From a virus (lineage: Duplodnaviria > Caudoviricetes): a stretch of DNA of 29,792 nucleotides. The stretch's first letter is position 1. The number at the start of each line of letters is the position of its first letter. A program made the translations under genes and the position numbers. The notes below the pieces were generated by a model. It did no database searches and was not told the origin of the DNA. It was given only the letters and a program-made list of their open reading frames with translations. The stretch spans positions 1 to 29,792 of IMG/VR virus record IMGVR_UViG_3300048575_000390. One strand, 5' to 3'. Shown here piece after piece: positions 1-8,994 of this stretch.

Positions 1-438
1 CTACAATTGCTTCCCCGTCAGAATTTCCGCCATCCTCGCCTCGGTGATGACCCCCTTGCTCACCATGTAGGCCAGCAAGTCGCGGTTGGACTGCAAGCCC
101 AGGTCCACCGACGTCAGCCGCGGGTCATCCAATATGCTGTAGGCGTCGGCCATGATCGGGTCCGTCTTGGCGAGTTCCTTGCCGGCGATTCGCTCAAGGG
201 CTGAAAAGCACATCTTGAATTGCAGCGGGGTCAGAACCGGGTACGACGGAGCTGGCTCGACCGGAGCCGGAGAAGTCGGGTTGACCCACGCGCCGTTGAC
301 GTTGACCGCTCCGGGCACGACGTCGTCAGGCACCTCGGTCGAGTAGAGAGCGGCAACGTCGGGATGGTACAGTTCGGCCGGTTCGCCGGGGCAGACGTCG
401 CGGACGGTGTTCACGGGATCGATCCATGCGCGTTTCAT
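1..438 (-). CDS. Tail fibre assembly/chaperone-like protein (145 aa)
   Basis: Abuts the Gly-rich tail gene. N-terminal EVPDDVVPG..NGAW segment, Pro linker and helical LTPLQFKMCFSALER domain resemble Tfa-like proteins. Confidence 0.6.
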   Translation of the reverse strand: MKRAWIDPVNTVRDVCPGEPAELYHPDVAALYSTEVPDDVVPGAVNVNGAWVNPTSPAPVEPAPSYPVLTPLQFKMCFSALERIAGKELAKTDPIMADAYSILDDPRLTSVDLGLQSNRDLLAYMVSKGVITEARMAEILTGKQL

Positions 439-1410
439 TTAATACCCCTCCGTCCAGTAGAGGATTACGGCGCCGGGGCCGCCGGCTCCCGATCCAGACC
501 CGCCACCACCGCCGGGGCCTCCTGGGCCATTGTACCCACCACCGCCGCCGCCAAAGCCACCAGGACCGCCGGTAGAGCTACCGCCGCCGCCGCCGCCGCC
601 AATGCCTCCTGGCGACCCTAGTGTCCCATTTGTCCCACCACCACCGCCGGGGCCTCCAGGGATAGAACCGACACCACCCCCACCGTTCAGACCCCTTGTG
701 GGGATATCCAACATTGTCGCGGTACCGCCGGAGGGAGTCGCCATTATGTTTGTTGTCCCCAATATGGCTCCAAACGGACCGCCCCCAGCGGTATTGCCAG
801 CCGATCCACTGCCGCCACCCCCACCGCCCAAACTATCACACAGTCCGCCGCCACCCCATTGGGCGCCCTTGCTGCTTCCTCCCCATCCGCCGCCGCCGCT
901 ATATGTCCCTATCCCGTTGCCGCCGTTTCCGTACGGAGAGCCCGATCCTCCCCCGCCACTATTCGCCGATGTGTCGGACGTCCCTCCACTGGCCGTAAAT
1001 GTATTCCGCAGTGTGGGGGACGCCGTGCCTGTGCCGCCCGCATGCGCGCCAGTGTTCCCGCTGGCTCCCGCCGTGCCTCCGGTCGCCGTCAGCAATGTGC
1101 CCAATGAAGACGTCCCCCCGGAGACATTGGACGCTCCGCCGGCCCCGACGGTTATGGTAGGCAGCTGCTGCCCGGGGATGACATCCAGGATACCCATGGC
1201 AAAGCCACCGCCGCCACCACCAGAGCCTCCAGACCCACTCCCGCCTGCACCACCACCCCACACGCATGCCATGATCTGGTAGACGTTCTGCGGCACGGCG
1301 AAAGTGTACGTGCCAGCGGTCATGTACGCCTGATATTGCTGCCACTTTGGCGGAGCGACCCGCGTCGGCGCATTGGGCGGCAAGGGGAATCCGTAAATCC
1401 CTTTGTTCAT
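439..1410 (-). CDS. Glycine-rich tail fibre/adhesin protein (323 aa)
   Basis: AGTYTFAVP..VWGGGAGG, ITVGAGG and terminal GGPGAVILYW motifs typical of phage Gly-rich domains; TAATG coupling to the upstream gene. Confidence 0.8.
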   Translation of the reverse strand: MNKGIYGFPLPPNAPTRVAPPKWQQYQAYMTAGTYTFAVPQNVYQIMACVWGGGAGGSGSGGSGGGGGGFAMGILDVIPGQQLPTITVGAGGASNVSGGTSSLGTLLTATGGTAGASGNTGAHAGGTGTASPTLRNTFTASGGTSDTSANSGGGGSGSPYGNGGNGIGTYSGGGGWGGSSKGAQWGGGGLCDSLGGGGGGSGSAGNTAGGGPFGAILGTTNIMATPSGGTATMLDIPTRGLNGGGGVGSIPGGPGGGGGTNGTLGSPGGIGGGGGGGSSTGGPGGFGGGGGGYNGPGGPGGGGGSGSGAGGPGAVILYWTEGY

Positions 1411-1787
1411 TACAGGTCACCCCCGTTGACGACGGAAACGTTGATCGACTCGGCCTTTTCGGTGGAAGCCTTGAGCACCACCCCGGCCCCGAGGATAAGT
1501 CCCCCCTCGAAAACCACGTCAGCGGACCATGCCGGCTGCGTAGCCGATGGAGTGATGGCCAGGGTGGGGATTTCCTTGATCAGTGCGGACCCCATGAACA
1601 GGCGGACCATGCCGGCGGTCGTCGTTCCGGTGGCCGTGAGGTTGAGACGGTCGATTCTGGAACCAGCCCCCCCAGCTGTAATTACCGTGCCGTAAGCGCC
1701 AGTCACGCCGTCTCGGTTGGTGTTGGCGGTCGAGATGTTAACCGTAGGACTTTTGGGGGTCCCGGCATATTGAGGCGAAGAGGCCAT
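1410..1787 (-). CDS. Small beta-rich tail-associated protein (125 aa)
   Basis: GGAGG RBS; coupled between two tail genes; Thr/Gly/Val-rich composition. Confidence 0.65.
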   Translation of the reverse strand: MASSPQYAGTPKSPTVNISTANTNRDGVTGAYGTVITAGGAGSRIDRLNLTATGTTTAGMVRLFMGSALIKEIPTLAITPSATQPAWSADVVFEGGLILGAGVVLKASTEKAESINVSVVNGGDL

Positions 1788-1799
1788 AATAGTTTCCTC

Positions 1800-2567
1800 C
1801 TAAATGCAGGTATGGAACAGATATAGGGTGGATGGATTTGGCGGGGATAAATCGACCCATCCAGAGCCGCCTGTCGCTGGGTTGATTCCCGACGTCCCAG
1901 GCGATCCAGTCCATCGGTAGGTGTGCCCGTCGCTGCCGGCGGCCATCATGGGGAAGGTGTATGCCGTCGCCGGGTCCCACGCCGGGATATGCGTGGCCGC
2001 GATGGCGTCGGCCGCCGCCTGATTTGCGATTTGGATCGCCTCGGCCGCCGCCTGGGTGGCCGTATTCGCCGCATCGGTGGCATCCTGCGCCGCCTCCAGG
2101 GCATCCGCAGCCGCCGCGTTCGCGGCCACAAGCGCCGCCTCGGCGGCCGGCAGGAACGTGAGGTAACCGACAACCGCGTGCTCCACGTCCGTCAGGGTTT
2201 GCGTGGAGTTTTTCAATTTTCCGTCGACATTATCCCACGCAATCAGCTTGTCCTCGTCCTGCTCGGGGAAGGAGCAAAAGAGGTCACTTTTGAAGCCGTA
2301 GAGGTTGTCCGCGCTGTAGAGCTGCACGCCATTGGCGTCCTGCACGATGAGCTTGTAGGAGCCGGAAAACCAGATGTCGGCCTGGCCGGCGGCGTCCAAA
2401 ACCACCGGGTTGGTGTTGGGGGTGGTCAACTCCGGGTCGCTGTAGGTGGTGGCCAGGGTCGTGGTGCCGGCGGCGTAGGTGTAGATTTTCCCGCCGACGT
2501 TGGGGGACCCGTCCGCCAGGAGCGACCGGAACCGAGGATGCAAAAGCAGGGTGTAGCTGACGGGCAT
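1800..2567 (-). CDS. Tailspike-type head-binding/adaptor protein (255 aa)
   Basis: Likely start MPVSYTL at 2567 (TAATG overlap, GGAGG RBS). GGKIYTYAAGTTT..TNPVVLDAAG..YKLIVQDANG is a podovirus tailspike N-terminal motif, followed by an Ala-rich coil and AWDPATAY..DGHTYRW. Confidence 0.8.
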   Translation of the reverse strand: MPVSYTLLLHPRFRSLLADGSPNVGGKIYTYAAGTTTLATTYSDPELTTPNTNPVVLDAAGQADIWFSGSYKLIVQDANGVQLYSADNLYGFKSDLFCSFPEQDEDKLIAWDNVDGKLKNSTQTLTDVEHAVVGYLTFLPAAEAALVAANAAAADALEAAQDATDAANTATQAAAEAIQIANQAAADAIAATHIPAWDPATAYTFPMMAAGSDGHTYRWTGSPGTSGINPATGGSGWVDLSPPNPSTLYLFHTCI

Positions 2568-5500
2568 TACTGCCTCCCTCCTACGCGTTTTTGGAACTCG
2601 GCCAGGGCCGTTTGGGTAAGCGTGTCGGCTTGGGCCAGATAGGCGGCGCGTTGCGCGCCGGAAAGCTTCGGTCCGGCCTCTTCCACGGCCTTGCGGATCT
2701 GGTTGGCCTTGGCCAGGGCGGCGTCCACCCATTTGACGAGCCCGGCCTTGAGGTCGAGTCCGGCGGACTTGACCAGTGCCCGGGCCTCGTCCACCCGGCC
2801 GGCTTTGACAAGATCCTTGTATTGGTCCAGGGCCTCGTTCACGCTTGCCTTCACCTCCCGAAATCTGACCATCTGGTCGGCCAGGGCGAAGTTCTCCGGG
2901 CCGATGGGGTCGGCCTCCGGGGCGTCCCCCATCCCGCGCCGGCCAAGCTCCTGCTTGCTGGCGTTACGAAAACGCATGAGGGAGCTTTCCAGGGACTTCT
3001 GGGTGATGGGCTGCACGTCGGCCCGGCCGAAGCTTTCCACCTCGGCATTGAACTTGGCGATGTCGGAGACAAGCCCGTCAAGGCGCTTCCGATCCGTGCC
3101 GCCGGCCGCCGTCAACGCCCTGTAGGACTCCATGATGTCGTTGCGGCGATCCTGAAAGGACCGCTCCTCTTCCCTGGCTGCTTGATCCATGTCCTTGAGG
3201 CGCGCTTCCCGGGCAGGGCGGAAGCCCATGGCCTTGGCCGTCGTCTCGGCCGGGGTGGGCATGTAGTTGCCGCCCTGGTCGTCCCGGAGCGGATAGCCGC
3301 GGCTGGACGTGACGCCCTCCGTGGATTCGCGCATGACCTGAAAGGGCTTAGCAACGCCAGTGGGCAGGGCCTTTTCCACGGCCTTGCCGGGCTGGCCCGT
3401 GGCGAGATAGTGGGCCGCGCCCCGGTCGCCTACGAGGTCATTGGCCACGCCGCCGATGGGACCGGCGAGGTCCTTGAGGCTGGCCGGTATGCGAATCTGC
3501 GTGTCCATGGACCCGGAAACGTCGATGCCAAGTCCCCCCAGCGCGCCGAACCGGGCATACTGCTCCGCGTCCTGGCCCAGAGCCCGACGCACCCAGGCGA
3601 AGAAGGCCTCTTTCGGGTCGCGCGAGTCACCCAACGTGGAATAGATGGCCTTGGCTGCTGTCCAGCCAAGCGCCCCCATGCCGGTGGAGGCGCCACCCAT
3701 GACCAGCGGCGCAGCCAGCAGGTGCATGAAGGCCCGGGCATCGCCCTTGCCCCACACGTCGGCCAGCAGTTGGAGCGTGTTGTGGGCGTACTTCTGATAG
3801 ACGTAGCCGAGCTGCATCATGCGTGCACCGGCATTGGATCCCCAGGCGGCTTCGGGCATGGCCTCGCGGCCGTAGACGCCGTGCGCCCGGTCAGAGGCCA
3901 GCAAGGCCCGCTCCGTGGATTCCTGGTGGCCGAATCCAGCCAGCCGGGCTACACGATACCCGGCAAGCTGTGTGGACAGCCGGTTGAACTGCTCGGTCAC
4001 GCCGAACATCAGCATGGCCTTGTTCATAACCTGGGACCAAGCCCGGCCGGCCGTGGCCTGATAGGTTTTGAAGACCTCCCGGGCAAACTGCGGGTCGTCC
4101 AGGTCTTTGCGCTGGATTTCGGCCAGGAAGGACCGCTCGTCCGGGTTGAGGTTCTTCCTGCTCTTGCCGAGCATGAAGGACATGGCGTCTGGCAGGGCGC
4201 GGGCAAGCTCATGGTCGCAGCGCAAGAGGGAAACCTTGCTGTCGCTGCCGTAGACCCTTATTGCCGGCGGAACCTGCGTGGCCAGGGTCGTCAGGTTGAC
4301 CAGTGCGCTCTTGGCGTTGAAGCCGAGATACTTGAACGTGGCGATGGACTTGCCAAGGGAAATGATCCTGTCGGCCTTCTCCGGGTTTCGCAGCTGGTCC
4401 TGCAGGTAGTTCTGCACCATCTCGAAGGTGCGCGGCTCCCGGCGCGGATCGAGGAGCATTTTCCCGTCAGGGCCAGTGGCAAACATGGACCGAACCGCCT
4501 CCTGGGCCGCCTCCATTTTGGCGATGCCGTAGGATGTGCGCTGGGCATACTGCGCGAACCGTTCGCCGGCGTCTTCGATGTAGCCCCGGACCACGCGGCC
4601 TTCCCGGCCGGTACGGCGGATGGCCGAGGAGCGGAAGCCGCGGGCTTTGATGTCGGTGGAAAGCTCCTCGACGAGGCTTTCGAGGAACGCCTTCCTGGCC
4701 TCCTCGGGCGCGCCCTTCAAGCCCTGGGCGGCGCTCTCCACGACTTTGGCCACCTCGCCCACCCGGGCTATGGCCTGCTGGGTGCTTTCTCCCAGGCGCT
4801 GCACGGGCTCCCGGCCGGTGATCTCCCAACCCTCGGCGCGCAGCTTCTTTTCCAGCCCTTTGGCCTGGTGCTTCCAATCGACGTGGTGTCGGGCATATTC
4901 GTAGTCCCCGCCCGGGAGCTTGCGCCGGGCCATGACGGCAAGGTCACCGTTCTGGCGGATGCGGGGTGCGTAGAAGCCGCGCATCTGGCCCATCTCGTTC
5001 ACGGCCTCTTTGAGGCTCATGGTCACGAGCTTGCCGTCGGCGTCCCGATACTGGATGTCCGGGTTGACGCCCTTGTCGAGCATCTCCTTGTAGGGGCGGA
5101 GGCGCTCATCGAGGAGAGCATCGTATTTGTCCCGCATGAGGCGGTACATCTCCCGGGCCGCCTCCGGAACATTTTGCTGGGCCATCCACTCCTCGACAGC
5201 AGGCCGGCGAATCTCGCGCACGTCGGCCACGTCGATGATCTTGTTGACCAGGGCACGGGTATTTTCGGGAAGGACCTTCCACCGGTCCATAACCGTCTTC
5301 CCGTCCGGGAGGTCCAGGGCAGTGTGCAGGATCTCGTGCGCCCGGCTCACCCTGTCCCGGAAGGTGTTGTAGATCTTCCAAGCGACAGGATGCTTCTGGA
5401 ACGTATAGTCGGGCGTGCCGAGCCAGCGGGCCATGGGGCCGATCTCGCGCCGCGCGCCCTTGGCCACTTCCTTGGCCGCCTCACCGGCATCGGCCTCAAG

Positions 5501-8053
5501 ACGGTCTTCGGGTCGAGCACTGAACCGCGCCCCTCCATCAGGGGCCCGCTCACCACCACCCCGGGCCATGCGCGTCAGCGAATCCTGAAGCAGGGCCTCC
5601 AGGTCGGCATGCTTCGGCGTGGCCCAGCCGTTGCGCACGAGCCAGCCACGCACGTAATCCACGAACCGGCCCCACAGACTGCGGTCCCGGGGCTCCAGGG
5701 CCTTGCCCACGTTCATGGTCTCGGCGATCCGGGCAATGTGCTCCTCGGCCGCGATGTGGTCCGAAAAGCCGTAGTCCTTGGCCATGCCGGTCAAGAACTT
5801 GTCGAACCTGGCGTCCGTCCCGAAAACGGTGCGCAAGCCGTGGTGGGCCACGTTCTCGTGGAGCCAGATTTCCCCGGCCCTGGACCGGCTCTCCAGGTTG
5901 TCGGCCACCAGCCAGACGGACCGGGTCCCCCGGTCGTAGACGCCTTCGATGGCCCCGGTGGAACCTGACCGTCGGTACTCCTCCAGAAGATGCGGCGGCA
6001 GTTCGTCCATGGTCCTCACGATCTGCACCGGGGCGGCCCCGGGCGCGGCCTCCTGGTAGCCCTTGATGCCGTGGGCCACGTCTTCGGGCGCGATGCCCTG
6101 GAAGGCCTCGGCCGGCTTCTCATTAAGGTGAAAGCGGACGTCGCCGGGCTGCGCCGGCATGGTCGGGGCGTCGGCCAGCCGGGCGGGCAGGCGCTCCACC
6201 TTGTCGGCCGGCACCGGCACCATGTCGAACGTCTGTCCCTCGGGCAGCGCCGGGCGGGCATTGATCCGCTCGGCCGCGACGCCGGGTACAGGGGCCCCGA
6301 CCTCGTCCGCCGCCCGGGAAGCCACGTCCCGGCCAAGGATGTCCTGGCGCAGGGAATCAAGCTCGGACTGCCGGCCAAGCGGCGTGCCCAGGCCCAAGTT
6401 GTCGTCGATGCGCATGGCCGGCGGCCGCGTGTCCCAGGGATTGCCTTCGGACTCCTGAACGCCCGGGGCCCGCTGCTCCATGTCGGTGCGGAGATCGGAC
6501 AGTTCGGGGCGCAGCGGCCAGGAGTCGGGGCCCTGCGCGGGCGTCTCCGGGGTGGGCTGACCGGACGCCGCGGCCACGTCCTGCCGGGGCGTCCCGGCCG
6601 CCTCGCCGTCCTTCGGGGCCACCTTGGCGGCCATCATGTCGTAGACTTCCTGGAGCGTGCGAGGCTGCTCCCCCTTGAAAAAGATGCTCTTGTTGGCCCG
6701 CACGGCCGCCGGGCTGGCGTGGTTGATGGCGAGGTCCGCAGGGTTTTCGGCCAGGCCGGTCAGGAACTGGTCGGCGCCGCCACGGCCGAGAAAGGCCGCC
6801 GTGTAAAGGTCTCCGTCCGACGGTTCCCGGCCCAAGGCCTCTCGGAGGAAAGCCCTGTTGTCCCGCGTGAAAAGTGCGGCGGCCGTGGCCTGTTGCGTCG
6901 GATCGGACCGGCCGTCCATGGTCAGGCCGAAGTCCCGGCCGTACTGGTTGACCATGGCCCGCCATGTCGGGTCAGTGAACTGGAAGAGGCCCTGGGCGCT
7001 GGACGTGCCGGCCTTGGCGTCAGCCTTGCCGCCGCTCTCGGCCATCATGTTGCGCATGAGGTAGGCCGGGTCCTCTCCCACCCGGGATGCGGCCTGGGCG
7101 ATGAAATCAGGGACGGCCGGCGCAGCCTTGGCCGGCTTGGCCTCGGCCGCATCGGCCGCGCTGTGCAGGGTGTCGAAGATGTCACCGCCAGCAGGGCGGG
7201 TGTCGATGCGCACGCCGCTGTCGCGCCGCCGCTCCACGCCCATCTTGCCGGGGGCCAGGGCGAAGGGAACGGCCACGGCCGCGTTGGTAGCCGCGGCGTG
7301 CAGGGTCTCTTCCGTTGTTGGAATGCGGCCTTCGAGGATGGCGTCAGCGGAGTTGAGCGCCGCGCCTGTAACGCCTTGAACGCCGGCCTGTGTCCCCAGG
7401 CGCGAGAATAGCGGCAATGCCTGCCCAACCTCACCAGTCTTGTGCAGGGCCAAGCCGGAAAGGTATCCCTTGGCCGCTCCCTGTGCGCCCTCCTCGCCGG
7501 CCCCAAAAAATGCCATGCCCAGGGGCAAGGCCTGCTTCGCCATCATGGCTTCAGTCATGCCGGCTGCGGTGCCGATGCCACGGCCGGCCGCGATATCCAG
7601 GGCCATGGCCGGAAGCGCACCAAACCCGGCGCCGACGTCTGTGGCAAGCTGCTTCCAGTACGGTTGCCCTTCCTTCTGGTCGGCAAGGGCTTCCTGCCCA
7701 CGACGGATGGCCGCTTCTGGCTGGTCAATGAGCGGGCCACGGGCAGCGTCGATGACAGGTTGGTATTGTGGAAAGGCAACGCCAGCGGCGGTCGATCCGA
7801 GCTTGTTGAAATCTGCGGCCTTTTGAAAGAGCGCAGGCCCGTAATTCGTAACTGCACCAACGGCGCCGGCCCTGACGGCATCCGTCACCTTGCTCGAAGC
7901 GTCGGCCAGGGTGTCCAGGGTGCGGAGGGCCGCGTTGCGCTCCTTGCCGAAAACGTCATCGGCAGTTGGCAAGCCAGAAGGACCAAAGACGTCATCGGCC
8001 GAAGGGAGCGCATTTGGGGCCGCCCCAAAAACATCGTCAGCGGTTGGCAGCAT
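2567..8053 (-). CDS. Giant ejection/internal virion protein with lytic transglycosylase and zincin-like domains (1828 aa)
   Basis: AESGG..SSAQGLFQF lysozyme-like motif; LHENVAHHG..AEEHIA motif; YAPRIRQNGD segment; third and largest gene of the ejection cluster. Confidence 0.85.
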   Translation of the reverse strand: MLPTADDVFGAAPNALPSADDVFGPSGLPTADDVFGKERNAALRTLDTLADASSKVTDAVRAGAVGAVTNYGPALFQKAADFNKLGSTAAGVAFPQYQPVIDAARGPLIDQPEAAIRRGQEALADQKEGQPYWKQLATDVGAGFGALPAMALDIAAGRGIGTAAGMTEAMMAKQALPLGMAFFGAGEEGAQGAAKGYLSGLALHKTGEVGQALPLFSRLGTQAGVQGVTGAALNSADAILEGRIPTTEETLHAAATNAAVAVPFALAPGKMGVERRRDSGVRIDTRPAGGDIFDTLHSAADAAEAKPAKAAPAVPDFIAQAASRVGEDPAYLMRNMMAESGGKADAKAGTSSAQGLFQFTDPTWRAMVNQYGRDFGLTMDGRSDPTQQATAAALFTRDNRAFLREALGREPSDGDLYTAAFLGRGGADQFLTGLAENPADLAINHASPAAVRANKSIFFKGEQPRTLQEVYDMMAAKVAPKDGEAAGTPRQDVAAASGQPTPETPAQGPDSWPLRPELSDLRTDMEQRAPGVQESEGNPWDTRPPAMRIDDNLGLGTPLGRQSELDSLRQDILGRDVASRAADEVGAPVPGVAAERINARPALPEGQTFDMVPVPADKVERLPARLADAPTMPAQPGDVRFHLNEKPAEAFQGIAPEDVAHGIKGYQEAAPGAAPVQIVRTMDELPPHLLEEYRRSGSTGAIEGVYDRGTRSVWLVADNLESRSRAGEIWLHENVAHHGLRTVFGTDARFDKFLTGMAKDYGFSDHIAAEEHIARIAETMNVGKALEPRDRSLWGRFVDYVRGWLVRNGWATPKHADLEALLQDSLTRMARGGGERAPDGGARFSARPEDRLEADAGEAAKEVAKGARREIGPMARWLGTPDYTFQKHPVAWKIYNTFRDRVSRAHEILHTALDLPDGKTVMDRWKVLPENTRALVNKIIDVADVREIRRPAVEEWMAQQNVPEAAREMYRLMRDKYDALLDERLRPYKEMLDKGVNPDIQYRDADGKLVTMSLKEAVNEMGQMRGFYAPRIRQNGDLAVMARRKLPGGDYEYARHHVDWKHQAKGLEKKLRAEGWEITGREPVQRLGESTQQAIARVGEVAKVVESAAQGLKGAPEEARKAFLESLVEELSTDIKARGFRSSAIRRTGREGRVVRGYIEDAGERFAQYAQRTSYGIAKMEAAQEAVRSMFATGPDGKMLLDPRREPRTFEMVQNYLQDQLRNPEKADRIISLGKSIATFKYLGFNAKSALVNLTTLATQVPPAIRVYGSDSKVSLLRCDHELARALPDAMSFMLGKSRKNLNPDERSFLAEIQRKDLDDPQFAREVFKTYQATAGRAWSQVMNKAMLMFGVTEQFNRLSTQLAGYRVARLAGFGHQESTERALLASDRAHGVYGREAMPEAAWGSNAGARMMQLGYVYQKYAHNTLQLLADVWGKGDARAFMHLLAAPLVMGGASTGMGALGWTAAKAIYSTLGDSRDPKEAFFAWVRRALGQDAEQYARFGALGGLGIDVSGSMDTQIRIPASLKDLAGPIGGVANDLVGDRGAAHYLATGQPGKAVEKALPTGVAKPFQVMRESTEGVTSSRGYPLRDDQGGNYMPTPAETTAKAMGFRPAREARLKDMDQAAREEERSFQDRRNDIMESYRALTAAGGTDRKRLDGLVSDIAKFNAEVESFGRADVQPITQKSLESSLMRFRNASKQELGRRGMGDAPEADPIGPENFALADQMVRFREVKASVNEALDQYKDLVKAGRVDEARALVKSAGLDLKAGLVKWVDAALAKANQIRKAVEEAGPKLSGAQRAAYLAQADTLTQTALAEFQKRVGGRQ

Positions 8054-8991
8054 TATCGAATCCAGCCCATTTTTCTGGCGTAGGTCTCACCATCTGCGCG
8101 TGGCAGCTTCCCGGACTTAACAGCCTCAACCACGTCGTTTAAGCTGTTGAACTGCACCCCCCCCTGCTGTCCCTGCCCAGATTGCGGCGGCGTCTGCCCT
8201 GGAGACAAGTCTCCGGATGGTACAGCCGGGGCGACCTGAAGCGGCATAACGGAATTGGTGGCCTCATCGTAATGGCCTGGAACCTTTTTAAATCCCATGG
8301 AGTCGTTCGGGTCAGGCATCATGATGACGCGAGGCTGCTTGGCCCTGGTGTTGCGGGCGTCGATTTCCGATTGGAGGTTGTCAACCCGATACGGCTGCAA
8401 CTCCCGTTCGCGGCTGTTCGATTCTGCCGCCCGCTGGTCGGCGTTGCGGGCCAGAGTGACGTTGCTCACGACAGAGGGGTCCGCGCCGGCCGGCGTGCCC
8501 AAGGCCTTCGCCGTGTTTTCCTCGCGCTGCAGTTGAATGTTTCCGGCAGAACCAAGGGAAAGCTTTAAAGCGTCCTGACCGAGGCCGTCATAATAGGTGT
8601 GGAACTGCGGCGGGACGTCCTGGCCGAATGTCCCTTGGTATTTCGCGCGGACCATGTCCAGGCTTGCCTGGTCCTTTATCAAAGGGGCATAGGTCGAAAT
8701 AAAATCGGTCTGCGCTTTGGCGATTTGGGCATTGCGTAAATGATTGGTCCCTATCTTCCCCACTGCGTCCAAGGCGGAAGAGCCGAACCCACGGGCCGCC
8801 ACGTCACGGAGAACATTTTGCCCGGTGGGATCCCTTTTCATGGCATCGTTGAGCGCATTCCGCGCATTGCTTTCATACGCCATATCCGCCAGACGCTGGT
8901 TGTACAACGAACTCAAGGCGTTCTCTTTCTTGATCTCGCCCAGGTTCAGCGGATCTATCTTAACCGGAGTCGGAGTCTCAAAGTTCGCCAT
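8053..8991 (-). CDS. Ejection (DNA transfer) protein, P22 gp20 position (312 aa)
   Basis: Synteny; helical Gln/Ala/Asn-rich sequence; TAATG coupling to the giant gene. Confidence 0.65.
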   Translation of the reverse strand: MANFETPTPVKIDPLNLGEIKKENALSSLYNQRLADMAYESNARNALNDAMKRDPTGQNVLRDVAARGFGSSALDAVGKIGTNHLRNAQIAKAQTDFISTYAPLIKDQASLDMVRAKYQGTFGQDVPPQFHTYYDGLGQDALKLSLGSAGNIQLQREENTAKALGTPAGADPSVVSNVTLARNADQRAAESNSRERELQPYRVDNLQSEIDARNTRAKQPRVIMMPDPNDSMGFKKVPGHYDEATNSVMPLQVAPAVPSGDLSPGQTPPQSGQGQQGGVQFNSLNDVVEAVKSGKLPRADGETYARKMGWIR

Positions 8992-8994
8992 GAC

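Noticed and set aside
530-1282. Pro-rich 250-aa plus-strand ORF
   Set aside because: Antisense mirror of the Gly codons in 439-1410.
2591-7411. Long plus ORFs of 1125 aa and 473 aa
   Set aside because: Shadows of a high-GC3 gene; no motifs or RBS. The same applies to 13816-15924 and 16882-18360.
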